Shown piece by piece: positions 1-9,491 of a DNA stretch of 26,333 nucleotides. The translations under genes were made by a program, and so were the position numbers. Source of the DNA: a virus (taxonomy: Duplodnaviria > Caudoviricetes). The stretch's first letter is position 1; every line of letters begins with the position of its first letter. Where the stretch lies: positions 1 to 26,333 of IMG/VR virus record IMGVR_UViG_3300035321_000161. One strand, 5' to 3'. The notes beneath the pieces were generated by a model, which saw only the letters and a program-made list of their open reading frames with translations, had not been told where the DNA came from and did not search any database.

Positions 1-217
1 CGATTGTTTTGAGACATAGATCAGTTGGTCTATGATCTTTTCTATCCGATCTTGCGTAGGGCCAGCAGTAGGAACATCTGTAGTTACAGAATCTTCCCAA
101 GAGCCAGGATACAGTAAATAGATCACGATAAAGCAAAGTACGTTGCCCAACTGAGACAATGTCCTCGAAAGGAATTTTTGAAAAGTCATAGTTGCTCCAT
201 TTTAGATCTTCAGTCAT
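1..217 (-). CDS. Radical SAM protein, 5' part only (runs off the left edge; not in the ORF track)
   Basis: Manual translation from the ATG at 217: MTEDLKWSNYDFSKIPFEDIVSVGQRTLLYRDLFTVSWLLGRFCNYRCSYCWPYARSDRKDHRPTDLCLKTI, open to position 1, with a CxxxCxxC motif (CNYRCSYC). Confidence 0.9.
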   Translation of the reverse strand, partial: MTEDLKWSNYDFSKIPFEDIVSVGQRTLLYRDLFTVSWLLGRFCNYRCSYCWPYARSDRKDHRPTDLCLKTI

Positions 218-222
218 AGTTT

Positions 223-251
223 ATTATACATGCCTTTGATTATTTTGTCAA
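223..251 (-). promoter_or_regulatory. Consensus sigma70-type promoter
   Basis: Minus strand TTGACA (251-246), 17 nt spacer, TATAAT (228-223), within one of the few intergenic gaps. Confidence 0.85.
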
Positions 252-262
252 GATGTATAGCA

Positions 263-1414
263 TTAGGCAAACTCCGGTATTAATTCAGACAAGTTTTCAT
301 CTCTACTAGCGTCTAGTGCAGCAGTATACGACAAAAATTTATCGTACTTAGCGTTCCAGTCCTCAGCATACATATAATCAATAATACCTTGCACTTTATC
401 TAGATGCAAGTAAGATTGCAACTGCGCCGCTGCTTGATCTTTTAGATGAGCAGGCAATACTCTAATGTTTAATTCTTCCGGATGATTGAGAATGTTAAAG
501 TATATTCTATGTCCATACGGGGCAGCCCAGTCTATTAGTTCAGGTAATCTTAGAATATTATACATCTGTACTGTACAATGTATTTCTATCCCTGCATTAG
601 GAAGTCGTCTGATATCTTCAAAATTCTTTACAATTTTTTCCCATTTACTAGGGTGGCGAATATATGTATCTAATTTATCTGTTGCATCTATTGAACAATT
701 AAGTTGCACTCTTTTAAAATGACTCCAGCGTTCGATTAACCATTCTGGTAATAAGACTAAGTTAGTATTATACTTCAAGCGTATATCTTTTGCAGTATTG
801 TTATCAATAAAATAATCTAATAATTTTTTTTGTTCTTTAATAACTGTCGGTTCGCCACCAGTCAAGTATATTTCGCCAACAGTATGTGCAATGCTGAATA
901 AGTTTTCCCAAGTTTTTTTATCCTCAGGCCAATTCATTTTACTTAGACGTTCATACTCTGCAGGAGCTAGTGCGTTATTTACTAGATGCCATTCTTTTAC
1001 CCACATGTTACTTGCATAAGGATTACACATACGGCATTTTAAATTACACAAATTACCTAATCGTAAATCAACATACTTTATATCAAAAAGTGCATCCTCT
1101 GTATACTCTTTGTCTTCTTGCCATTTTGAATTCCAACTTTGCCTAGCACTTTTAATGCCAACGTCTTCTTCTCTAAAACATCTAACACACATGTCAGGTC
1201 TTTCGCCACTGAGCATTTGTTTTCTAATAGTTAAATATACATCACTATTCCATGCTTCTTCAAGGTTGTCTCTATTAAGTTTATACGGTTTTCCGTCTTC
1301 TTTAGTAACAAAGTTCTTACCAGGTGTACTGTTACAGCATACACGTAGATTGCCACTTGCATTTGTTGCTAGGTGCATCCAAGGTAATACACAAAATGTT
1401 TTAGACTGAGTCAT
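263..1414 (-). CDS. Radical SAM protein with N-terminal twitch (half-SPASM) domain
   Basis: N-terminal CVLPW..G..VCC...W..R..M..G...CVRC, then CNLKCRMC, TGGEP, YNTN and SID motifs. Confidence 0.93.
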   Translation of the reverse strand: MTQSKTFCVLPWMHLATNASGNLRVCCNSTPGKNFVTKEDGKPYKLNRDNLEEAWNSDVYLTIRKQMLSGERPDMCVRCFREEDVGIKSARQSWNSKWQEDKEYTEDALFDIKYVDLRLGNLCNLKCRMCNPYASNMWVKEWHLVNNALAPAEYERLSKMNWPEDKKTWENLFSIAHTVGEIYLTGGEPTVIKEQKKLLDYFIDNNTAKDIRLKYNTNLVLLPEWLIERWSHFKRVQLNCSIDATDKLDTYIRHPSKWEKIVKNFEDIRRLPNAGIEIHCTVQMYNILRLPELIDWAAPYGHRIYFNILNHPEELNIRVLPAHLKDQAAAQLQSYLHLDKVQGIIDYMYAEDWNAKYDKFLSYTAALDASRDENLSELIPEFA

Positions 1415-2480
1415 AAATTTTAATTCCTGTGTTATCGAATAAATGCGGAAGCACTGTTTTTAAATCTTGATTTCTTAATTTATCTAGTTTAGCACTATAT
1501 ATTATGAACTGTTCATACAATATAGGATCAACTGGAGTCTTCATTAAATTAATTACACTATTGATTTTATTATCATTTAGTAAACTCAATTGATTTATGA
1601 TACTTTGCTTACTAGATTCAGGCATAATGTTAACTGCCATAAATGCTGGATTGTTAAGCACTATCCAGTTTGTGCTTTCGTCAAACAATTTTGTAAATTC
1701 TAGTACATGATGTACTGTTGTATTCTGAATAACATAATTATAAGATAATTTTATATTTGGCAATTTTCTAAATTTCTCTATTTTTTCTAAACACAAATTC
1801 CAAGACTGTGTAACACCTCCTCGAATATATTCGTATACATTATACAATCCGTCAATACTTATTTTTAAATCAACATCGATGTTAGCAATAGCATCTTCAA
1901 ACCAATCTGGAAATAATGTACCATTTGTAATACACTCGATTTTAATTGTTTTTGTTTTAGATAAATCTTTTAATTGTTGAAAAAAGTATTTAGAATTTTT
2001 GTGCATCAAAGGCTCTCCACCTTTAAGTTCAATTGTAATACGTTTGTCGAGTGTAGACAAAAACTCAATTAATGAATCGATCTGCTGTTTATTTAATTGG
2101 AAACTTATTAATTTATGTTTAGGTATGCCTAAGGCAATGCTATCAGTAAACCAGCTTGTACTACTATAATGATTACACATTCTACATTTTAAGTTACAAT
2201 AGTTGCCTAAACTTAAATCTAATAAAAAATCCTCATTAGTGAATCTTTCATGATATCGCTGCCGACGACTTATCACCTTATTTTGTTCGTCAAATGCACA
2301 GGACTTACAATCTGGAACCCATCCTTTCTCTAAGCGTGTAGCCAGCGTATCAAAATTTATATCAGAAAAATTTTCATAAGAAGATAGAAGGCCAAAATTA
2401 CTACGGTACTTACAGCAAGGACTAACAGTACCAACTGCGTTAATAGTAATACTATTTGAGGTTGCAAAACATTTAACCAT
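1401..2480 (-). CDS. Radical SAM protein with N-terminal twitch domain (divergent, shorter)
   Basis: C...G.VSPCC...CKSC, then CNLKCRMC, KGGEP, ITNG and SIDG. Confidence 0.92.
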   Translation of the reverse strand: MVKCFATSNSITINAVGTVSPCCKYRSNFGLLSSYENFSDINFDTLATRLEKGWVPDCKSCAFDEQNKVISRRQRYHERFTNEDFLLDLSLGNYCNLKCRMCNHYSSTSWFTDSIALGIPKHKLISFQLNKQQIDSLIEFLSTLDKRITIELKGGEPLMHKNSKYFFQQLKDLSKTKTIKIECITNGTLFPDWFEDAIANIDVDLKISIDGLYNVYEYIRGGVTQSWNLCLEKIEKFRKLPNIKLSYNYVIQNTTVHHVLEFTKLFDESTNWIVLNNPAFMAVNIMPESSKQSIINQLSLLNDNKINSVINLMKTPVDPILYEQFIIYSAKLDKLRNQDLKTVLPHLFDNTGIKIYDSV

Positions 2481-3654
2481 AATATTTTGCTATTTCTGTC
2501 AAATCAAAATTTTGTTTTTTATATTCATCTTTTAATTTACTAACTTCTATCATATATTTGCTCTTTCCACAATCATACGTGTTTCTAACTATAGCATTTT
2601 TACAATCACGCAAAAAAGTTTTTTCCGTTTTGTTTTGAGGTGTGATATTTTCAATGACATTAATTGCGTGTTGTTTAAGTTTTTCTGGGGCATAACTAAC
2701 ATCAAGATAGTCTGGTGTATCTAATATAATAGCCGAAAGTTTAGCATTGTATTTTCTTGCTAATTCTATCATATTTTTAGTTTCAAGTATATTATAAATT
2801 TGATATGTAAATGCAATAAATGAAGAGAATTTGTTATCATTGTTACTTTTTAACAAATTTAGTTTATCAATTATTACGTGCCATTTAGCTGGATGTCTAA
2901 TATATTCAAAAATATCTTTAGTTCCGTCTATACTAAAAATGATTGAAATATCGGAAAAATGAGAAAATAAGTCAATCCAAGATTGATTCAATAATGTTCC
3001 GTTTGTAATTAAAACAAGTTCGATATCTTTAGCTTTATTTTTTTCAATACAATAATCTAAAAGTTTTTTAACAGACGGAACCATCAAAGGTTCGCCGCCT
3101 GTAAATTTTAAATGCCTTAATCCGTTATCAATCATTGATTTTATAGTATTCACAAACTTTGGATCGTTATACCATTTAGATTGTTTGTTATATTTTTCGT
3201 AATCGTTAATACCTAAATCAATACCAGTATCTTTTAAAATACGCTGAAATTCTGTTGCATATGAACTACTACTATAACTACTACACATTCTACAAGAAAG
3301 ATTACAATAATTGCCTAACTTTAAATCAAGGTGTATAGGATATTTAGGCACATAGTCTAAATTACTTGTAAATTTTTCCCACTCTCCTCCTCTAGATTGT
3401 AATGCTGCTGCCATTCCTTGCCGCAGGCTTTTAATACCTGCGTCTTCCTTTTTCCAACAACTTACACAGGCATCAGGACGCTCGCCTTTGATCATCTGAT
3501 CTCGTACATCTTGTACTTCTTTACTTGTCCAATAGTCTTCAAACCCATCAAGGAATTTTGTTTCACTCGTTACAGCATTACAACAAAGCCTGTTACGACC
3601 ATTAGTGTTTATACAATGATGTTCCCAAGGTGCAGGGCACAAAGTATCAGACAT
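2473..3654 (-). CDS. Radical SAM protein with N-terminal twitch domain
   Basis: CPAPW..G..LCC..W..R..M..G...CVSC, CNLSCRMC, TGGEP, ITNG and SIDG. GGAG Shine-Dalgarno upstream. Confidence 0.93.
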   Translation of the reverse strand: MSDTLCPAPWEHHCINTNGRNRLCCNAVTSETKFLDGFEDYWTSKEVQDVRDQMIKGERPDACVSCWKKEDAGIKSLRQGMAAALQSRGGEWEKFTSNLDYVPKYPIHLDLKLGNYCNLSCRMCSSYSSSSYATEFQRILKDTGIDLGINDYEKYNKQSKWYNDPKFVNTIKSMIDNGLRHLKFTGGEPLMVPSVKKLLDYCIEKNKAKDIELVLITNGTLLNQSWIDLFSHFSDISIIFSIDGTKDIFEYIRHPAKWHVIIDKLNLLKSNNDNKFSSFIAFTYQIYNILETKNMIELARKYNAKLSAIILDTPDYLDVSYAPEKLKQHAINVIENITPQNKTEKTFLRDCKNAIVRNTYDCGKSKYMIEVSKLKDEYKKQNFDLTEIAKYYG

Positions 3655-3677
3655 TTATATGTTCTCCAACTGTTTCA

Positions 3678-4556
3678 TTATATTTCTCTCAAGAAAGTTA
3701 GCAATACCCCCATTTTAGTTATCCAATGACGATCATCTTTACGTCCTTTGTTTGTTGCATGTAGTTGTACAGCATCAAAAGCAATAGGAGCACGTGGCTT
3801 CCATTCGCAAGTAAGTTCCGGCGTTAGCCCTGTTAATCTACGATACGGAGTATAATACAAATACTCATCGTAGTGATTAGTATCATACTTTATCAAGTTC
3901 TTAGATCTATCTTGTACACTACCGTCTAATAAATGAAAATCAATATTACTGTAGTTATCGACTATAGGATAGGTAGTAGCAACAATCTGCTCAGGCTTTT
4001 TACCATGATGGTATACATGAGCATAATCCACATGGCGTTGAGCAAAAGCAATCATATGACTTTCGATATTGCTCGGTGCAGTAAATAATGGAATAATGAT
4101 ATTACGCCATGGCACATATTTACGTCTTTCACTATTGTAAGGAGTTTTATCTAAAGTATTTCGCCAGTCTGTTTCTCTTGTGCTGTCATTGTGCAATCCA
4201 TACTGACTGGGTGTAATAAAAAAGTTTCCGCCGACTACAGGAGAGTTTTCTGCACCAGGAATCATTTGATTTATTCTATCTGCAAACTTTTCGTACACGC
4301 CTTGTATATTGCCGCTAACAAACATTGTACCGTTCTCATTATGCCGCACTTTATCACATCGACTAAATGCATAGCCGTACATCCAAGTAATTTCTTCTTC
4401 AGTAAATGCCTCTTCAAACACTTCTGCTTTTTGAAAATTTTCTGAAATATTTTGCTGAACGCTAGGATCTTTTAGATCACACATGTGATTCTCATACTCT
4501 AATTTATACTTTTTATGATTTGCAATATCATCTGCTGTATTAATCTTTGCTTTCAT
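3678..4556 (-). CDS. Putative 2OG-Fe(II) oxygenase/cupin-fold metalloenzyme
   Basis: HxD motif (LHNDS), distal FDxxxxH (FDAVQLHAT), a Lys near the C-terminal strand, and an N-terminal 'FTEEEI' helix typical of this fold. Confidence 0.55.
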   Translation of the reverse strand: MKAKINTADDIANHKKYKLEYENHMCDLKDPSVQQNISENFQKAEVFEEAFTEEEITWMYGYAFSRCDKVRHNENGTMFVSGNIQGVYEKFADRINQMIPGAENSPVVGGNFFITPSQYGLHNDSTRETDWRNTLDKTPYNSERRKYVPWRNIIIPLFTAPSNIESHMIAFAQRHVDYAHVYHHGKKPEQIVATTYPIVDNYSNIDFHLLDGSVQDRSKNLIKYDTNHYDEYLYYTPYRRLTGLTPELTCEWKPRAPIAFDAVQLHATNKGRKDDRHWITKMGVLLTFLREI

Positions 4557-5958
4557 TAAATATACCTTTCATTTCAGGAAACGTTTCTTCAAAAGTAATT
4601 CCACGTTGTTTGTCACATAAGCCTAAAAACTCTTTCATTTCGGGTAAGCGTTGGCTCCAATCTTCACTTTCCATAAAGCTAAGAATGCCGTTAAGACGTT
4701 TTATTCCATAATCGGCTTGAATAAAATCTTCTTTTGTAACTTTACCCTTATGCCAGCTAGGAATACCTAACTCCCAGTTATCTTCCCACCAAGGATACCA
4801 GGCTTCGTATTTTGCTCTACATTCTTCTTTGAACCATTTAGGTAATACTTTTACATTTAGGTGTGCAGGCCAATATACAAAATGCTGACTAATACCGCCT
4901 GCACCAAATGGCCACATATTAATCTTCTTAAACTTTTGTTCTAGTTTCCATTGAATAAAGTCTGGCAAGTAATATACGTTAAGTGCTTGCACAGCACATG
5001 CAATAGTAACTTCTACATTGTTACTTGTTTGCGTATCTAATATACGGAATACTTCTTCTTGTCGTGACCATTTGCTAGGATAGCGGATATAGTCGTTCAT
5101 TTCTTTGATACTATCAATTGAATAATGAAAACGTACTAATTTAAATTCTTTCCATAGATCAAATAAATCCTCTCTCCATTCAACTCCATTTGAATTGTAA
5201 CGTAGTTCAAGATCTTTTGCATAGCCCATTTTAATTGCATGTTCAAGTATTTCATAGTGTTCTTCGATAATAAGACTTTCGCCGCCTGCAAAATAAATCT
5301 GTTGCATACTTGGCATTTGCTCATAAAACTGATCCCAAAACACAGGATTTTGTTTGTGCCAATTATAACTACTACCATTAGTGCTGCCTTTGTTATCCCA
5401 TTGCATTATCTCTTTGAGACTTTCATTTTTTACAGCAGGAAATATTGCTTTATAGTCTTTGATCCAACCTGAACTATCATGTGGGCTACACATTACACAT
5501 GCTAGTTGGCACTTTGTACCAAACCGTAAATCAATGTATGCTAAGTTGGGCGGTACGCTGCCATCTTCATTTGTCTGTTCTAAAATCTTATCAACATCGA
5601 CTCGTTGTGCCCAGTATCGTGTTTCCCACATACGCTTGCTTCTATGTCCTGCTGCTTCTTCTTTGTAGCATTTTAAACAACTAGGTGGCTTTTCACCGTT
5701 GAGCATTTGCTTACGAACATTTTTCATGTAGGTGCTATTCCAAGCAGTTTGAAAATCACTTACATTTAGATTGTTAGGGCGGCCTTCGTCATCTTTAAGA
5801 ATGCCTACTTGTCCGCCATGTTCTTTGTCATTTGTAGGACCTACACTACTTGCATTAGCTGTGCAGCATACTCGCATACTACCGTCTGGCCTTGTACTAA
5901 GATGTACCCAGGGCAATAAACAAAATGTTTCCGAAGGAAGGTTTGTGCTATCTGTCAT
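4540..5958 (-). CDS. Radical SAM protein with N-terminal twitch domain
   Basis: CLLPW..G..VCC..W..R..M..G...CLKC, CQLACVMC, AGGES, YNSNG and SID. Confidence 0.93.
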   Translation of the reverse strand: MTDSTNLPSETFCLLPWVHLSTRPDGSMRVCCTANASSVGPTNDKEHGGQVGILKDDEGRPNNLNVSDFQTAWNSTYMKNVRKQMLNGEKPPSCLKCYKEEAAGHRSKRMWETRYWAQRVDVDKILEQTNEDGSVPPNLAYIDLRFGTKCQLACVMCSPHDSSGWIKDYKAIFPAVKNESLKEIMQWDNKGSTNGSSYNWHKQNPVFWDQFYEQMPSMQQIYFAGGESLIIEEHYEILEHAIKMGYAKDLELRYNSNGVEWREDLFDLWKEFKLVRFHYSIDSIKEMNDYIRYPSKWSRQEEVFRILDTQTSNNVEVTIACAVQALNVYYLPDFIQWKLEQKFKKINMWPFGAGGISQHFVYWPAHLNVKVLPKWFKEECRAKYEAWYPWWEDNWELGIPSWHKGKVTKEDFIQADYGIKRLNGILSFMESEDWSQRLPEMKEFLGLCDKQRGITFEETFPEMKGIFNESKD

Positions 5959-5966
5959 ATAGTTAC

Positions 5967-6893
5967 TTATTGCTTGTTTAGCTTAAAGTTTGAATCTTTG
6001 GGTTGCTCAGTTAGTAAAAATGCTATAAAATTATTTACTAACAACGTATCGTTATCAAAGTTGTTATAAACAGTTGCATACTGTGCTATTGTTTTTGTAA
6101 AGTTGCTAGAATTTATTATTTCATCAATAATACTTATATAGCTGGTAGAATCTAAATAATCATAAAAGTTACGAGCATCGTCCCAGGGCCAATCAGTGTT
6201 TCCATTTTTATCATAACCTGACCAAAAAGGTCGAGGCACAGATGGATACAACGAAGGCACTAACTGGTTGCCATATTTTTGTATACACGCAGCTATATTA
6301 TCTGTTCCTAGTATCTCAATAATATCCTTATCAGTCTTAATATGTTTTATTATTTGAGTGTTTAATTTAATAAAGTCAAGAGAATGTGTATCAGTATTTA
6401 ATGCACTAATAAATCCCCTTAGAGGCAATCCTAGATACCTTCTAACAAAGTTTAAATGATTGCCAGGATGTGATGCTATAGTAAAATCTTTATTAACTCT
6501 CCAACACGGATAATTAAAGGCACCGTATTGATATATTTCTTTTATTAGTATACAAAATTGGCCGAATTCTTTGGCTTTAAATACAGGATCATGTCTAATT
6601 TTAAAAAAGTTAAAGTTAAATTCGGTCAAAACATTATCTATTTTTCGACACGACTTTTTAAATTTAGAAAATGTATCATTATATTTAAAACTACTTTGAT
6701 AGGTTAAGTATTTACTTTGTTCTATTACTCGAAAATACCCCATTGGAATCATTGCCGGTTTTGTTGATTTATTAAAATCTACAAAGTAATATTGATGGGT
6801 GTTTATGAATCTGTGCCAGTATTTTATCCCGTACAACTTATTAGACTCGTTGTTATTAGAGCCAAGTACAGCACCTTGTTCCCAAATATTCAT
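5967..6893 (-). CDS. Hypothetical protein
   Basis: 308 aa ORF coupled to the upstream gene by a TAATG overlap. No recognisable motif. Confidence 0.75.
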   Translation of the reverse strand: MNIWEQGAVLGSNNNESNKLYGIKYWHRFINTHQYYFVDFNKSTKPAMIPMGYFRVIEQSKYLTYQSSFKYNDTFSKFKKSCRKIDNVLTEFNFNFFKIRHDPVFKAKEFGQFCILIKEIYQYGAFNYPCWRVNKDFTIASHPGNHLNFVRRYLGLPLRGFISALNTDTHSLDFIKLNTQIIKHIKTDKDIIEILGTDNIAACIQKYGNQLVPSLYPSVPRPFWSGYDKNGNTDWPWDDARNFYDYLDSTSYISIIDEIINSSNFTKTIAQYATVYNNFDNDTLLVNNFIAFLLTEQPKDSNFKLNKQ

Positions 6894-7621
6894 TACTTTA
6901 TTCGACCTTTAAAGGTGTTAATACTCTGTTCTACATAATTAAGTTGCCACGGTGCATCTAGCTCTTGAAAAACATTTTGTATATAAGGAACTATCTTTTT
7001 TCCTAGCCATTCAAACGGTAAGTTATTCTCGTCATCAAACAATGCATTTCTCCGCATTACCCAAAAGTTACCATTACAATAATATATATTACCGGCACTG
7101 TTCTTATCATTAACTTTTGTATCGCTGCGAATCAAGTCTTGGGGTATCCAAGTTTCGAGTAACCCGTTGACAATCTTATGTGCTCTAAATGGATTATACA
7201 TATTCATCTCGCTTACGCTTACTACACTATCATTATCGCCCAACATTTCAATTGCTTCATCTAATGCAGCAGAATCAATTCCGATAACATTTCCTAATAA
7301 TAAAACAACAACGTCTTGCTTACCTAAGTCCTTTTCAATTTCATTTACGCCGTGGCGAATGGCTTCTAAATGACTACAGTCATCTAAACACAACTCAGGC
7401 GGGCGTTTAATAACATTGAAGTTATATTGTTTACTAAAATCCATTATAGTAGTGTCATCTGTGCTACAATATACATGCTGTATTATATTACTACTAGTTG
7501 CTGCATTTATACTATGTGCAAACAACGGATGACCGTCTATTTCTAATAAATTTTTCTTAGGAATGCTTTTACTACCTGCTCTCGCGGTCTGTAAAGCAAC
7601 TACTTTAATATCAGTGGTCAT
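6893..7621 (-). CDS. Acylneuraminate cytidylyltransferase family (NeuA/PseF/KdsB-like CMP-sugar synthetase)
   Basis: TARAGSKSIPKKN, STDD, RPxEL..D and YxxNGxF motifs. Confidence 0.88.
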   Translation of the reverse strand: MTTDIKVVALQTARAGSKSIPKKNLLEIDGHPLFAHSINAATSSNIIQHVYCSTDDTTIMDFSKQYNFNVIKRPPELCLDDCSHLEAIRHGVNEIEKDLGKQDVVVLLLGNVIGIDSAALDEAIEMLGDNDSVVSVSEMNMYNPFRAHKIVNGLLETWIPQDLIRSDTKVNDKNSAGNIYYCNGNFWVMRRNALFDDENNLPFEWLGKKIVPYIQNVFQELDAPWQLNYVEQSINTFKGRIK

Positions 7622-7634
7622 TTACTACATACTC

Positions 7635-8702
7635 CTATTTAAATTGTTCTGCAAATGGATCAAACTCAGCACCGCACTTCATTGCACATACTTTTAATTT
7701 GCCATCTGCACAACTAGGCTTTGCCCAGCTGTTCTGTATACGCTCAAATATGCCCGTGGCAAACACTGCCTCTAGGCCGTTCCGTGCTTGTAGGGCGCTT
7801 ATATCAGGTATAAAGTCCCATATCTGTTCTACTTTAGGATCTTTATGCCACCATTTATACATGCGTCCAGCAGTCCAACAACAAGGTAACGCCAGCCCTT
7901 CGGCTGTAATAAACAAACTATTTTCTTTTTTAACCTTACAAACTACCGGTGCTGCATCATAATATGCATCCATACTGCCGTACTTGTTTTTTATTACATC
8001 TAGTTTAGATAGTGCTTTGTTTTGATATTTCTGATCTGGTTTTTTAAGTTCTGCTGACTTATTACCTTTGCGATCTACTGCCTGATGTGAATCTTTCTTC
8101 TTGGAATCTTGTGTAACAAAACGACCTGTTTTTTTCTTCATAAACTTTTCACATCCCCAAGCAGTAGCAAGTGTTTCTGCTTCTTCAACTTGATGTTGAT
8201 TGTGTTCAAAGATTAAAAAGTCCCAACGAGCTCTGCCGCCTGCTGCTATAAACGCTCGCATGTTGCGTTCTACATTGCTCCATACAACACCTTGGCGATA
8301 TATATGGTTAGTGTCACTGAGACCGTCAACCGAAAAAATAACAGCGCCCATTCTACCAAGGCACGTAGCCAAGTCTCTCCACCATTCTTCATTTTTTGCT
8401 CCTGCATTAGTATTCATACTAAGCCACATTTTTTCATTATGTAGTCTAAAGTATTTGAATATTTCCAATGTATCTTTAGCAACAATAGGATCTCCTAAGT
8501 TGCCACACATGTACATCGTGTCTAGTTGTGCAATAAATGAAGGCGTAAATATTTTTTTACAATCTTCTAGTGAAAGCTCATCTAAATTTATATGTGGGTT
8601 GATGCCTTTGCCGTTCATATTCCTATCACACATAGGACAATTGGCTTGGCAATTCTGTGTAACTTCAAGGTGTATTGATTTAATATCTTTATAGTTGTAC
8701 AT
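7635..8702 (-). CDS. Radical SAM protein with C-terminal twitch/SPASM-like domain
   Basis: CQANCPMC near the N-terminus, GNLGDP, NTN and SVDG; C-terminal C...G..LPCC...C..KC. Start placed at the second ATG (8702); 8711 is also possible. Confidence 0.9.
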   Translation of the reverse strand: MYNYKDIKSIHLEVTQNCQANCPMCDRNMNGKGINPHINLDELSLEDCKKIFTPSFIAQLDTMYMCGNLGDPIVAKDTLEIFKYFRLHNEKMWLSMNTNAGAKNEEWWRDLATCLGRMGAVIFSVDGLSDTNHIYRQGVVWSNVERNMRAFIAAGGRARWDFLIFEHNQHQVEEAETLATAWGCEKFMKKKTGRFVTQDSKKKDSHQAVDRKGNKSAELKKPDQKYQNKALSKLDVIKNKYGSMDAYYDAAPVVCKVKKENSLFITAEGLALPCCWTAGRMYKWWHKDPKVEQIWDFIPDISALQARNGLEAVFATGIFERIQNSWAKPSCADGKLKVCAMKCGAEFDPFAEQFK

Positions 8703-9267
8703 ATTGCACATACTCGTTCATATCGGGTTTTATATGTGGTCGAATATTAGGCATTTGTTTTTTATATACCGGACAATAATATGTTTGACTACTAGATTTA
8801 TATCCAATGCCTATAAACTGTAATGGCCTGTATCCTAAAACATCCTTAGCAAGGTCTTCGTAAGTTATACATCTGCATAAGCCAGTATCTAAGCCTAATG
8901 CAGACGCTGTATAAGAAATTGTAGCAGTAGCAATACCAATGTCTAGATATATGTCCGACTTACTAGGTTTACTTTGATTTCTGCGCTGTTCTGAAAACGA
9001 TATTAGCCAAGGTGCTAATACCTGAGGATTATATCTTCCTGTAGGTTTTGATTCGTGAGTATCTGCTTTACACGCTTTGTAAATCTGTAATCTTTTATCA
9101 AAGTTACTGTTATCTATAATATCAATATTATACCTAACCTCACTTTGTTTAGATGGACTACAATCATGTAAAATTTTTATTATTTCATCTATTTTTTCTT
9201 TTGGTGGTATGGTATCTAACCACGATGATATATTTCTTCTGTCATATAAAGCGTCTTTAAAATCCAT
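8689..9267 (-). CDS. Nitroreductase family flavoprotein
   Basis: RRNISSW (RRSxR-like), SPSKQ, DIGIA, LGLDTG and IGIGY. Confidence 0.8.
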   Translation of the reverse strand: MDFKDALYDRRNISSWLDTIPPKEKIDEIIKILHDCSPSKQSEVRYNIDIIDNSNFDKRLQIYKACKADTHESKPTGRYNPQVLAPWLISFSEQRRNQSKPSKSDIYLDIGIATATISYTASALGLDTGLCRCITYEDLAKDVLGYRPLQFIGIGYKSSSQTYYCPVYKKQMPNIRPHIKPDMNEYVQYVQL

Positions 9268-9269
9268 TA

Positions 9270-9491
9270 CTACTCCGATACTAACTTAACATTTTTACCT
9301 GGACCTACTTTGCTCGGAAGTCCACCATATTCTTTTACATACCATTCGATAACTGCTTTGTACCAGTTATGGCTGTTATGGTGTGCCTGTTTATTAAACT
9401 GCCAAATATTATTATTTGTAGCTTGCATTGTACTTAGCGCACGAGCACTTTCTGTTTGCAGTTGTCTGACTGTAAGATTACTTATATCCAA
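9270..9491 (-). CDS. Small hypothetical protein (73 aa)
   Basis: Exactly fills the gap between its neighbours on the coding strand and has an upstream GAGG; ends TAG TAA. Confidence 0.75.
   Translation of the reverse strand: MDISNLTVRQLQTESARALSTMQATNNNIWQFNKQAHHNSHNWYKAVIEWYVKEYGGLPSKVGPGKNVKLVSE

Noticed and set aside
3651-3670. TATAAATG resembling a T4-type late promoter
   Set aside because: It mismatches TATAAATA, overlaps the start codon downstream of the SD, and is expected by chance in AT-rich DNA.
263-9491. Classical RiPP or cofactor (PQQ, Moco, queuosine/7-deazaguanine) cluster
   Set aside because: No RRE, peptidase, transporter, moaC, pqq or queC/queD/folE genes are visible in the window.
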